Shown piece by piece: positions 27,901-39,829 of a stretch of DNA of 64,000 bases. Source of the DNA: Eledone cirrhosa (taxonomy: Eukaryota); NCBI GenBank assembly GCA_964016885.1, contig OZ024742.1, positions 160,270,001 to 160,334,000 of the forward strand, in the 5' to 3' direction. Position 1 is the first letter of the stretch; each line of letters begins with the position of its first letter. A program made the translations under genes and the position numbers. The notes under the pieces were generated by a model. It made no database searches. It was not told where the DNA came from and saw nothing but the letters and a program-made list of their open reading frames with translations.

Positions 27901-28140
27901 ATTCTTTAGGTCTTGCTGGAAGGAATTGCTCCTATTCCGAAATTTGATACTCCGAATGAGTTCCAAGACATCATTTTCGAAGGGTAGCAATGCTGGGTTA
28001 CACGGGGGGTTATTATAGGTTTTAAATCCAAATTTATCCTGTTTGTTGTCTGCTTTTCGCGGGTTATCGAAATAAAATGTACGCCAACGCAACCTTTTAA
28101 TGAACGCGTCTGTTTTCTGTATCAGGAGTTTTAGGCATGC
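24991..28140 (-). mobile_element. Penelope-like element, Naiad-type, near full length, with a 3' region of about 1.1 kb ending at (TA)n
   Basis: Contains the RT plus GIY-YIG ORF described in the next feature. The 3' end abuts a (TA)n/(TATG)n tract at about 24990. Confidence 0.85.
26072..28140 (-). pseudogene. PLE polyprotein: reverse transcriptase plus C-terminal GIY-YIG endonuclease, with two in-frame stops and one frameshift
   Basis: N-terminal KTDAFIKRLRWRTFYF and VHSDKTGNLY. RT motifs FDINNYYSSI, FDVSMGASDSAEV and LYRDDGL. CNCRNRVDCP/LSGKC (CxCx5Cx4C) precedes IVY...AYIGLT..FKQR, CDLCAAE and LNKKSE. Stops at 27517-27519 (TAG) and about 27331-27333 (TGA); frameshift near 26485. Confidence 0.9.
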
Positions 28141-29212
28141 ACCGAAAACGATATATATAAACGGAAAAAATGAAACGAAATTTCATTTCACACTCTTAGT
28201 ACGGCTGTTACTTAAACATAAGTATGTACACGTACATACATATATGTATACAGATGTACAGTAGTATGTACATATATATACATACATGCACACATATATA
28301 TATGTACGTATGGATTCACCGTACATTTATTATAATGCTCGGTGTGTTTGTAAACAAACATCCCGTATTAAGCCGTAGTGTCTAGCAACCATCGTTGCTC
28401 GTTTGTTCAACACTGAAAAAGGAACGCTGTACTAGTTTCAAGCTTATTAGCTATCATCAGCAACGTATAACTTCCTGCAAGATTGTTGAACGTATATACT
28501 CACCTTATGCATATTAACGGCTGAGTAGCCCAATTTGCATATCGAGTGGGTTAATCAGCCGTGTGCACCGAAAACGATAAACGGAAAAAAATGAAATGAA
28601 ATTTCATTTCCCACTCTTAGTACGGCTGTTACTTAAACATAAGTATGTACACGTACATACATATATGTATACAGACGTACAGTAGTATGTACATATATAT
28701 ACATACATGCACACATATATATATATGTACGTATGGATTCACCGAACATTTATTATAATGCTCGGTGTGTTTGTAAACAAACATCCCGTATTAAGCCGTA
28801 GTCTCTAGCAACCATCGTTGCTCGTTTGTTCAACACTGACAAATGAACGCTGTACTAGTTTCAAGCTTATTAGCTATAGTTGATTAACCCACTCGATATG
28901 CAAATTGGGCTACTCAGCCGTTAATATGCATAAGGTAAATATATACGTTCAACAATCTGGCAGGAAGGTATACGTTGCTAATGATAGCTAATAAGCTTGA
29001 AACTAGTACAGCGTTCCTTTGTCAGTGTTGAACAAACGAGCAACGATGGTTGCTAGACACTACGGCTTAATACGGGATGTTTGTTTACAAACACACCGAG
29101 CATTATAATAAATGTTCGGTGAATCCATACGTACATATATATATGTGTGTGCATGTATGTATATATATGTACATACTACTGTACGTCTGTATACATATAT
29201 GTATGTACGTGT
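28137..29212. mobile_element. HHR-bearing non-coding unit of about 427 bp: 1.7 tandem copies on the minus strand plus an inverted copy (28880-29212)
   Basis: TGCACCGAAAACGATA starts the units at about 28138 and 28564. A reverse-complement copy follows. A further fragment lies at about 40610-40750. Confidence 0.85.
28424..28466 (-). ncRNA. Minimal type I hammerhead ribozyme with palindromic stem III (PLE type)
   Basis: acgttg-CTGATGA-tagct[aata]agctt-GAAA-ctag-TA-cagcgt. ACTAGT palindrome and GUA triplet. The inverted copy at 28972-29014(+) has CTAATGA. Confidence 0.85.
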
Positions 29213-29213
29213 T

Positions 29214-29285
<72 letters not shown>

Positions 29286-29609
29286 TTTACATATATATAA
29301 AGTCATAGATATATATGTGTTTTGAACGGGTCACGTTGTAGCTCAATGAAAAATTAACAAATTAAATAATCAGAGCTATATATCATAAAACATGTCTTTA
29401 GAATCACTAGATATAATATATACCATTTCCTCTCTCAATTAGCATAATTAACCATATACAAAATCAATTAGACCAAGCTATAAGAATAAAGGCTCCTATG
29501 AAGAAATCTCCGACAAATAAACGAAAGCAGCCCCTTCGCGGCGGCTACGATGGAGTGTTTATCGAACATCTCGACAGCATGTAGAAATCGACCAGATATA
29601 CAGTCAACT

Positions 29610-29705
29610 AAACACAATTAGGTGTAAAATAAACTTAGAAGAAATGCGTACATATTTAGATATGTACGCATTTCTTCTAAGTTTATTTTACACCTAATTG
29701 TGTTT
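29610..29705. repeat. Fold-back palindrome with arms of about 46 bp
   Basis: AAACACAATTAGG...GCGTACATAT-TTAG-ATATGTACGC...CCTAATTGTGTTT. Confidence 0.9.
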
Positions 29706-29740
29706 TTTAAAATACAAATTCAATAAACAGACCAGGATTT

Positions 29741-29801
29741 TTTCATTCTGAGGATTGAAAGCAACATTTTTTGCTTTTAAGAAACCACATGGTAAATGGA
29801 A
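29741..29801 (+). ncRNA. Type I hammerhead ribozyme, family with three copies in the window
   Basis: ttcatt-CTGAGGA-ttgaaagcaa[catttt]ttgcttttaa-GAAA-ccacatgg-TA-aatgga. Stem II is 10 bp and the triplet is GUA. Confidence 0.85.
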
Positions 29802-29914
29802 TAATTGCCTTATGTTGTTTATTACATAACTATATGTATATATATATATATATATATGAAAAAATGGGGAGAAGAATACTGCAGGTTGCACATGCATAAC
29901 ATGTTATAAAATGA

Positions 29915-30008
29915 GTCCCTCATCAGTGATTTGCCGACGATATTTCATTGCATTAAAAATCATATACCTCACGTCGGTGCATTAATAACTAAATTAAGTT
30001 ATTAGGAC
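29915..30008 (-). ncRNA. Rearranged (non-circularly permuted) hammerhead-like RNA, copy 1
   Basis: gtcc-taataact[taattt]agttatta-atgca-ccgacg-tga-ggta-TA-tgattt-ttaa-tgcaat-GAAA-tat-cgtcgg-c-aaatca-CTGATGA-g-ggac. Confidence 0.7.
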
Positions 30009-30419
30009 AATTAAAACGCGTAAAGCGAGTGAGACAAGTAAACAACAAAGAGGAAAGCTAACCGTAGAGAGGAAGGGAACAAGCTACATAGTTATTCTGT
30101 TAACATAAGCTAGGTAAATATATGAGCGCTTAGGAAAAAGACCTTTCGATATGAATCCAAATGTGAGAAAGAAGGAAAATGTATTCGTCGCGAACGGGGT
30201 GAAGTGAGAAGGAGAGAAACAGTGAGTGAGTGAGTGGAAGTGTGAGGAAGAGTTAACTGACATGACAGAGGGGGCGAAAGAAAGTAGGAGAAACAGAGAG
30301 AACGAGGGAGCAGTAAGAGAGAGAGAGAGAAAAACAGAATCGCAGTTTAGGTAAATATATGTGAAAAAATGGGGAGAAGAATACTGCAGGTTGCACATGG
30401 ATAACATGTTATAAAATGA

Positions 30420-30522
30420 GTCCCTCATCAGTGATTTGCCGACGATCATAGATATTTCATTGCATTAAAAAAAATATATACCTCACGTCGGTGCAATAAT
30501 AACTAAATTAAGTTATTAGGAC
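30420..30522 (-). ncRNA. Rearranged hammerhead-like RNA, copy 2 (stem I strand mutated)
   Basis: Same layout as copy 1, with GAAA-tatctatgat-cgtcgg-c-aaatca-CTGATGA-gggac, but TA-tatttt instead of TA-tgattt. Confidence 0.65.
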
Positions 30523-30945
30523 AATTAAAACGCGTAAAGCGAGTGAGACAAGTAAACAACAAAGAGGAAAGCTAACCGTAGAGAGGAAGGGAATAAGCTA
30601 CATAGTTATTCTGTTAGCATAAGCTAGGTGAATATATGAGCGCTTAGAAAAAAGACCTTTCGAGATGAATCCAAATGTGAGAAAGAAGGAAAATGTATTC
30701 GTCGCGAACGGGGTGAAGTGAGAAGGGGAGAAACAGTGAGTGAGTGAGTGGAAGTGTGAGGAAGAGTTAACTGACATGACAGAGGGGGCGAAAGAAAGTA
30801 GGAGAAACAGAGAGAACGAGGGAGCAGTAAGAGAGAGAGAGATAAAAACAGAATCGCAGTTTAGGTAAATATATGTGAAAAAATGGGGAGAAGAATACTG
30901 CAGGTTGCACATGGATAACATGTTATAAAATGAGTCCCTCATCAG

Positions 30946-30991
<46 letters not shown>

Positions 30992-31164
30992 AAGAACAAA
31001 AATATTATAAAATAAAAATTTTATATATAAAAATTTGACAAGTAATAAATAAAAATATATATATATATATAAAAGGGTATAAATGCCCATAGCAGACCCA
31101 GAGCAATCAACAATTCATGGAGCAAAAGATCAATGAAAATATTCATCAAATCACTATATATAAA

Positions 31165-31340
31165 TTGTTTCTACTTTAGGCACAAGGCCAGCAATTACCC
31201 AGTACATTACTGGTACTTTATTTTATCGACCCCGTAAGGATGAAAGGCAAAGTTAACCTCGGCGGGATTTGAACTCAGACTGTAAAGGGACGTAACTGTG
31301 CTAGAAAGCATGGCGTCCAACCCTCTACCGATACTGCCAA
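31165..31340 (-). mobile_element. Octopus-type SINE
   Basis: Conserved SINE body. Confidence 0.85.
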
Positions 31341-31599
31341 ATGATGCACATACATACACCCTAATACAATTATACATAAACACACACACACACACACACA
31401 CACATAAAAATATATACATACACACACACACAAAAAAAACTCCAACCACAGAAATACAAACACACATACAAAAACGTATATATACATATATATATATATA
31501 TAATATATACACATGTATATATATACACATGTATATATATATACACACACACATAGGAAGAAGCCTGACCCCACGGCAGAGCTCAAGCCTCTTCTGAGG

Positions 31600-31638
<39 letters not shown>

Positions 31639-31667
31639 GTTATGTAATAAACAACATAAAGCAATTA

Positions 31668-31727
31668 TTTCATTTACCAGTGGTTTCTTAAAAGCAAAAA
31701 ATGTTGCCTTCAATCATCAGAATGAAA
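31668..31727 (-). ncRNA. Type I hammerhead ribozyme, same family as 29741 and 33008
   Basis: tttcatt-CTGATGA-ttgaaggcaa[catttt]ttgcttttaa-GAAA-ccactgg-TA-aatgaaa. Confidence 0.85.
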
Positions 31728-32013
31728 AAATCCTGGTCTATCCATATATATAGACATACACACACACATATATTTACACATACACATACATACACATACA
31801 TTATGGTATGTGAAGGGTAAGGCAAAAAAAAAAAAGGGGGAAAAGGAGGGGGAAAAATGACATAGGAAAACGTTAAATATAAGGGGAGATAAGGGAGAAA
31901 GAGAATACAAGAGTACAGAACGTGGATTCAGCAGGTAAAAAAACCGTAGTAGAAGTAAAGAGCAGGAAGGGAGTTCAAGTAATCATAGGAGTGTCAATCC
32001 AGTTACAGATCAG

Positions 32014-32077
32014 ATGTGATTTCAGATGAGGACAACATCTGAAGATCTCGGTCTTAGATGTTGTCCTAATCTGAAAT

Positions 32078-32082
<5 letters not shown>
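32014..32082. repeat. Terminal fold-back hairpin next to (TA)n
   Basis: ATGTGATTTCAGATGAGGACAACATCT ... AGATGTTGTCCTAATCTGAAATCACAT. Confidence 0.85.
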
Positions 32083-32130
<48 letters not shown>

Positions 32131-32748
32131 ATATATGTGTATGTATATGTGTGTGTATATGTGTATATGTGTGTGTATGTATTTGTGTATGCGTATGTAT
32201 GTGTTTATGTATTTGTATATGTATATTTATGTGTGAGAGTGTGTGTATGTATTTAATTTTACGTATGTATGTGTACGTGCATTTGTGTGTATTGCTTACC
32301 ACGTGTGTTTTTTCATTTATTTGTTGCCTGTATCGCTGTCAACTTTTGTCTTTATTATTTTTTATATATATATTTTTTCTTATATTTATTTGCGTGTGTG
32401 AATATGTAGAAGTGTGTGTATATTTTTCTAATATTGTGCATGCATATGTATGCATGTACATATGTGTGTATGTATGTGTTTGTATGTACGTGTGTATATA
32501 CGTATGATTGTGTGTATGTGTGTATGTATGTACATGTATGTGTGTATGGCTATGTATGTGAATGTGTATGCATATATATATATATATTTATATTTCTATA
32601 TATATATGTGTATATATATGTGTGTGGTTGTATATATGTATGTGTATGTATAGATATGTTGATGTTTATGTGTGTATGTATGTATGTGTGTATGTATGTG
32701 TATGTATATATATATATACATATATATGTGTATATGTGTGTGTGTATG

Positions 32749-32845
<97 letters not shown>

Positions 32846-33007
32846 GTGGATGTATATAATCGTGTGTGTGTGTGTGTGTTTGCATGTGTGATTTTATTTA
32901 TTTTTTATTTATTTTTTTTCCTTTCCTTCTTCCTTCTCCAGCCTCACTTTCATATAGACTGCATTTTTGTTTTTTAAGAATCCAATTCAATAAATAGACC
33001 AGGATTT

Positions 33008-33067
33008 TTTCATTCTGATGATTGAAAGCAACATTTTTTGCTTTTAAGAAACCACTGGTAAATGGAA
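33008..33067 (+). ncRNA. Type I hammerhead ribozyme
   Basis: tttcatt-CTGATGA-ttgaaagcaa[catttt]ttgcttttaa-GAAA-ccactgg-TA-aatggaa. Confidence 0.87.
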
Positions 33068-33254
33068 TAATTACCTTATGTTGTTTATTACATAACTATT
33101 AAGCTCTGTTACCTACATAGAGCACTCTTTTTTCCTGCATGTTTCCGACGGAATTACTTTATATATATATATATATATATAGAATAAGCCTATCTTTTCC
33201 ACTCTGTTTCTTTAAATAACGCCTGGATCGCTTGAAAAGCACTTAAGCAATGGC

Positions 33255-34680
33255 AATCGGGGAGTATAATAATCCTAAAATGGGAGACAAGAGAGATTGC
33301 TCTAATTGTAGTAGCATCTCCTTCTTAAGCCTTCCCTGTTAAGTCTATGCTAAGTGTTTGGCAAAATAGATGTAGGGAGACTGTCGTGTGCAAGCTTGCT
33401 GAAGAACAGTGTGGTTTTAGACCTGGACGTAGCACAGCCGACGAAATATTGACACTGCGGCAGGTCTTTGAGAAATCTTGGGAATACTGTCAAAAGGTGC
33501 ATTCTTGCTTTGTATATCTCGTGAAGGCATACGACCGCGTTCCACGGGACCTACCGTGGAAGATTCTACAGTAGTATGGGATCGATGGTCAGCTTCCTGT
33601 TCTGATGTCTCTATAGAAATGCCTTAGTATTTGTATTCGGATAAATGGTGCTAAATCGAAACCATTCAATCTGTGTATCGGACTCAGCCATAGGTACATA
33701 TTGTCACCTTTCCTCTTCATTATCTTCACGAAAAAGATAGACATGCACAGCCGGGTTGGAAGTGGTATCACGACTGAAGGGTATAGAATCAGTTGACTGG
33801 AATTTGCAGAAGACATGGTATTACTTAACTCGACATAAGATGATCTTTTACATGCACTTGATAAGTTTGATGCCGAGTGCTGCACGGCTGGAATGAAAAT
33901 CAGTGCTGCGAAGACACTCGTCCTCTCAAGGAAACCTGCGCAGTGCACCCTATATATCAGTGGAGTTCCACTGAAGCAGATGGTGATGTTCAAGAATTTT
34001 GGGGCCATTTTCACAAGGTTTGGAAGTCAGGATGCTTAATTAAGTGCAGGAATTGCAGGAGATGGTGCAGTAATGCACCAGCTTCAGCATTCTGTCACCA
34101 GAAGAAGAAGGGTAGGTATAAAAGCCAAACTCGCAATCTTCAATTCGATATTCGTGTCAACCCTTACCTATGCTCATGAATCTTGGGTAGTGACTGAAAG
34201 AATATGATCGTGTATCGTGAATATAAGCGACCGAAATGGGTTCTCTCCGGGGGTGGGGGTGTCTTCGGAGTCATGTTACTCGATAGAGTGCGTAGCTCGG
34301 AGATCAGAGAGTCACTCCAGATATTGAGTGACCACAGCTCCAATACTACGGGCATGTGGGTAGAATGTATCAGGAAAGAATCACTGGTCAGATTTTACGG
34401 GCAAAACCAGCCGGTGGAGATCCAGGAGTAGACCTCGAGCAAGATCGTTGGATAACATCCATGAATTCAGCAGGCCTCGCTTGGGAATCCAGCCGGATCA
34501 ATTGGAGACGGTTGCTTCTGAGAGCACCTGCTGGAAGAAGTGTTTGAGGACTTTGCCTCAACGACCCTCCCAGGAAGAAGAAGAAGAAGAAGAAGAAGAA
34601 GAAGAAGAAGAAGAAGAAGAAGAAGAAGAAGAAGAAGAAGAAGAAGAAGAAGAAGAAGAAGAAGAAGAAGAAGAAGAAGA
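33255..34680 (+). mobile_element. 5'-truncated RTE-clade LINE (decayed RT and C-terminus) with a (GAA)n tail
   Basis: EEQCGFRPGRSTADEILTLRQVFEKSWEY, LVKAYDRVPR, LSPFLF and LEFAEDMVL are recognisable among multiple stops. The tail is (GAA)n. Confidence 0.9.
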
Positions 34681-35106
34681 CAATAACTTAAGTAAAGGTC
34701 ACGACTAGCTAAATGTCTTTTAAGTTATCAATATAAATGATTTCTCAGTTATTCTGTGAATCCTGAGTCAAAGTCAATGATTTTGAAGTTGATTGTTTTT
34801 TTCAATTTGTAATCAAGATATTAATTTAATACGTAGGCTGTTCCGTTGATTAATTAACTGGAACAGAAATCGTCAAAACCGACTGAGGTCCTTTATTATC
34901 AATGATTGAATTTGGAATACAAAATATAAACCAGACTTTATATAAAATGTATTTTTGTATGAGTTCTATCTCTAGGAGCAATCTGTTGAATTTGGCGACA
35001 TACTCGAGTTTCATTGCCAGACGACCTGAACAACGCAGGGTGTTGAAGTATCGGCAGCTTTCGACGATTAGTCTTCTAGTTATTCAGTTACCAGAATGGT
35101 CTACGA

Positions 35107-35311
35107 CAGGCATGTTAAACATGTGGCTCGCGGGCTACACGCGGCCCTTTACAAGCACACCTGTAACCTGCACAAACGTTTTTACAGCGCGAGCATGTTT
35201 TATCTTCGTAAAATTAGTTGTAATGTGCGCAATTAGTTGTCGTGTGTGGCCCTCAGACAACACATATGTGACCCATGTGGTCCTCGGGGGACCCTGAGTT
35301 TGACATGTCTG
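35107..35311. mobile_element. hAT-like MITE; related partial copy at about 61065-61240
   Basis: TIRs CAGGCATGTTAAAC and GTTTGACATGTCTG, with 8-bp flanks GTCTACGA and GTCTACGG. Confidence 0.75.
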
Positions 35312-36077
35312 GTCTACGGGTTAAATTAATGTGTATGCAGTTGAGTATTCCACGTGTACATTTAAGATAGCTCTCAAAGAGAATATAATAAAGCTTGTCC
35401 TTTGAATTATAGGTAGTCTATCCGTCGAGCTTCCAAATAGTTTCTACCTAAACAAATTTCACTCACAAAGTTTGGGTTGACTCGTGGCCACGGTAAAAAA
35501 GAATCATAAACAATATTCCACGGAACGGGACCGAACCTTGGACCGCATGATTGGGAAGCGAAATTCATAACTACTCGTCATTACTACGTCCATAATTTTA
35601 CAATATACTTCTGTTATTAAAATTATTTCAGTGTGTTTTCCTATTATTTCTGGGAAATTACTATACAAAAGATAAGCTATTCCCTCCATTAAATATACCT
35701 TCACTGTCGAAGTTTGTTTGCATATCATCCGGGACTTCTACATTTAAGAAGGAGAAAAAGAAAAGAAAAATATCTTCTTTTACGTACCATATCACCTCAG
35801 CACCTCAACTTTTACCGCTTTCTCTGCTTAGTACGTCGTATTTACCCAGCCCCAGAAACTACCAGGGGTCACACGATCCTTAAGTCTAGTTAGCTTCCCT
35901 TGTTTTTGTTTTTTTGTTATTGTTGTTATTGCTGTTTTTGTTTTTGTTTTGTTTTTTTCCACAACACCATCATTGATTCGTTAGATTTTCGAAGTTTGAA
36001 CATGAGTCGCGCCATTTCAAGTTCAAAAGCTACCGCCATGTTAAAATAACATGCTAGTCAATATTGACACACCAAAC

Positions 36078-36147
36078 GGGGACTGATGAAGGGTAGTTTG
36101 CAATCGGTTCTAGATAAACAAACTACCGGGAGAAAGCCTTTTTCTCC
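36078..36147 (+). ncRNA. Degenerate type I hammerhead-like motif
   Basis: gggga-CTGATGA-ag-ggtagtttg...caaactacc-ggga-GAAA-gcct-TT-ttctc. There is a 9-bp perfect helix, but the base of stem II is unpaired. Confidence 0.45.
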
Positions 36148-36439
36148 ATGTTTGTTTCATATGTAGTAATACGCACAACTATCTGTTGACTCACATACCT
36201 GTCTATTTTTCTATCGTTCATACTCTCTAATATATACATCTGTCTTCACAGGCTGCTTACATAGGCACTATTTAATACAAGGAGAATATATACACACTAT
36301 TTTGCCATCTCTTTAAATATATAAACAGAGGATACGCACTCACACAGGAGACTCTCTTACTCATACACATGTTCACAGAACACGCACACAGTTACACAAA
36401 CATGTACACACTTTCACATACACATACGCACACACATAC

Positions 36440-36810
36440 ATTTACACATCCACGCATTTACATATACACAGACACACGCACAATTACATATACGCAGACG
36501 CACGCACACTTACATATACACAGACACACGCACACTTACATATACGCAGACACACGCACACTTACATATACACAGACGCACGCACACTTACACATACACA
36601 GACACACACATACACACACACTTACACATACACAGACACACTTACATATACACAGACACACGCACACTTACACATACACAGACACACACACTTACACATA
36701 CACACGCACACTTACATATACACAGACACACACGCACACGTACACATAAACAGGCACACGTACACTTACACATACACAGAGACACGCATAAGCACACACA
36801 CACATAAAAT
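36440..36810 (+). repeat. CA-rich minisatellite, unit about 28 bp
   Basis: CACACTTACATATACACAGACACACG repeated. Confidence 0.85.
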
Positions 36811-38336
36811 ATGTGGGATTTGTATTTCATTGATAAAAAAAAGTTCAAAAGAAAATCAAATAAAAATAAAAATAACTACTGGTGTAATAAAAGAAGAAGA
36901 CGGCGAAGAAAGAAATAGATGAGAGGGGAGAGAACTGAAAATGTTCGTTCGGAGGAAAGAAAATGCCGTAAAATGACTCGTTAGGGAGTGTGAAGTGTAA
37001 GGAAAATATTGTCCTGGTATCTTAGGAAAATAAACACAAGTTATAGCTTTGTTACATCTTCATCTTATAAACTTCTTACAATTTAGTCTGTTTCTTTATT
37101 CCTCCTACATTGTCTTGAAATAATCTTTTTGATACCGTTGTTGTTGTTGTTGTTGACGTTATTGTTGTTGGTGTAGTTGTTGGTGGTGATGATTATTGTT
37201 ATAATTGTTGTAGGGGTGGGGGTGGAGTTGGTGTTGGTGGTGGCGAAGTAGTGTTGGTGGTGACGTGGTAGTGTTGGTGTTGGTGGTAGGACGGTGGTGT
37301 TGGTGGTGTTAACATTATTTTTGTTGTTGTTGTTGGTGGTGGTGTTGGTGGTGGTGGTGATGATGGTGGTGGTGGCGGTGTTACCAATATTGCTGTTGTA
37401 AGCGCCTATTCTTGTTGTTAGCGTTATTGCTGTTATAGTTGATAGCGTTATTATTATTGTTGTTGTTAGCATTATTGTTGTTGCTGTTAGCGTTGATATG
37501 AAGGCGCGTGGATTAGTGGTTAAAATGTTCGATTCACTACTGTAAGGTCGTGAGTTCGATTCCCAGCAGCGTGCTGTATCTTTGAGCAAGGTATTTTATT
37601 TCATGCTGCTCCAGTCCTACCAACCGGCAAAAATTGAAGTGTACCTGTAATTCAAAGGGCTAGCTTTGCCACGCAATGTGTCACGCTGAGAGCAATATAA
37701 GGGTACACGTGTCTGTGAAATTCTCAGCCACTTGCATGTTAATTTCACAAGTCGGCAGAGTTCGAACAACTGGAACATTCGTCGCCGGAATATAGTTAAT
37801 ATTAAACCGGAACCGAGGAGCTGGAACACACGCAGCGTTATTGATTTTAGTGTTGTAGTTAATATTATAACCATTAATTTGTAGTAGAGATCACTTTTGC
37901 TGGTTTCAATCATCTGACTGTAGCCATGCTGGGACACCAGCTTGATGGGTTCAGTCAATCATATCGATCCCAGTACTTATATTTTAAGTCTGGTACATAT
38001 TTCATTGATCTTTAGTTGTTGAACTGGGAAAATACAGAAAATACACAGACACGGAAAGCCACACATTCACAAGTATATATCTATATCTTCTACCTGTTCT
38101 TATTTGTCGTGTTTTGGGTTATATACTATGGCTACATACACCTAGTTGATATATTTATGGTGTCACACTTATATAAATTTATGTGTTAACTCTAGGCGAG
38201 AAATTTATTAACTTTACGCACATTGAGTGCTTTTTGACAGCACTAAACAATTTGATTGGTATCTGTCTTATTGCATCTACAACTTCGATTTATACCTAAT
38301 ATAATTATATATAATAAGTCGTATTGAATTTTGAAT

Positions 38337-38409
<73 letters not shown>

Positions 38410-39244
38410 ATATACATACACACACAAACCACACACACACAAATATATACATACATATACAATGGGCCTCTGCAGTTTCCGCCTACGGAATTTTATTCAG
38501 TAAGCATTGGTCAGAAGACACTTGCCCACTGAACGCAGAACCACATGGTAGGGAAGTAAACATCTTAATCATACTGTCATGAGTGGTGGACAATTAAGTT
38601 GATCTTTGGCCTGAATGTGACAAAATCCCTATTTAACTAACATTGAGGCATGACTATGCGTTGATTTGATATATATCTGTATAGTATTCCCAAAGTAAAT
38701 ACTACAACGCTGTGCTTTTGACATTACAAAACGACCCCTAAATTTGTGTGCGGAAGTAGTGAATGAAATGGTGTGATGTACATGTCTTTAACAAGGTCAT
38801 CAGTAGTATAAATACATATTTAAATGGTGTTAAGCTTGGAATCGAAACTGCGTCGCAGTTTCGCTTTGTCCATAAAGAACTCAACCTTTTCATTTGCATT
38901 AATCTTCATAGAAGAAACTATTAACAGCCAAATTTCGCTGAAAAAGGGTCTAAAAAGGAAGGAAATTTGGACAATATAATCCTAGATATACAAATATACT
39001 TATAGGTTTTCACAGTCAAGACAAATATGGGAGCTAAACATTGATAAAGGAAACAAGAAGGATAATTCTAAACATCTTAAATTTAATTAACAAGTACTTC
39101 TATTTCAGCTGGCCGTTTGAAAGGTTTCACAAAGTGAAACGCAGACAACTCCTGGATACTCTGTAAATGTTCCAACAAAACGATATCTAATGAAGAATAC
39201 ACTGGAAGAATTTCCTTTCTCCTAGCATATTTGAAGACGTAAAA

Positions 39245-39560
39245 GCAGCACTCAGTTCAGCTCAGACCTATGTAGGTTTAGCAGCCTTCTACGAGGTTGT
39301 ATCTCATAGGAAGTTTCTTGGGTGCTTTAATGATAGGGTCTCCAGTCTCATCACTCCAGTCGCAGCACTCAGTTAAGCTCATGCCTTATGTAGGTTTAGC
39401 AGCATTCTACGAGGCTGCATCTCATAGGTTTCTTGGGTGTTTTAATGATAGGGTCTCCTATCCTATCCTTTTGTTGTTACAGCTCACACATATGCAGTTT
39501 TAGCAGGCTTCATACGAGTTTACATTCGATAGGAGGTTTCTTTAGTCTTTTAATGATAAA
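39245..39560 (+). repeat. Diverged tandem repeat of about 110-120 bp, with a further partial copy near 39750
   Basis: TTTAGCAGC.TTCTACGAGG.TG.ATCTCATAGG...TTTAATGATAGGGTCTCC repeated. Confidence 0.7.
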
Positions 39561-39829
39561 GTGCCTTAAACCTATGGAAATCAATGTAAAATGAAGCATC
39601 GTGTTCAAGAAAACTCAAACAACAAGGAAAAGGTATGTTAGATAAGGTGTCCTTTTTGGGTGGTAATAGTTGGAATGTCTTTAGTCATAGGCTTGCTAAA
39701 TAGGGTTAACTTGGGCTAAAGAACACTTGACAAATCCATTTATGGAGATTTAGCAGGAGTTCGACGAGGTGGCATCTCATAGGAGAATTTTTGGGTGTTC
39801 GTTATAGAATTGTTCAATAGATGTTTCTG

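Larger units (their letters stand above)
29858..30946 (-). mobile_element. Tandem non-coding unit of about 505-514 bp (about 2.1 copies) between (TA)n tracts; retrozyme-like or pLTR-like
   Basis: GTCCCTCATCAG recurs at 29915, 30420 and 30934. The units are near-identical. Confidence 0.85.

Noticed and set aside
29490-29565. ATGAAGA...GAAA-gcagcc/ggcggc-TA hammerhead-like arrangement
   Set aside because: A stem III-like hairpin exists, but stems I and II and the CUGANGA box cannot be assembled consistently.
30084-30942. Duplicated 114-121 aa hydrophobic ORFs on the minus strand
   Set aside because: They are low-complexity translations of the pyrimidine-rich strand of the tandem non-coding unit, with no recognisable domain.
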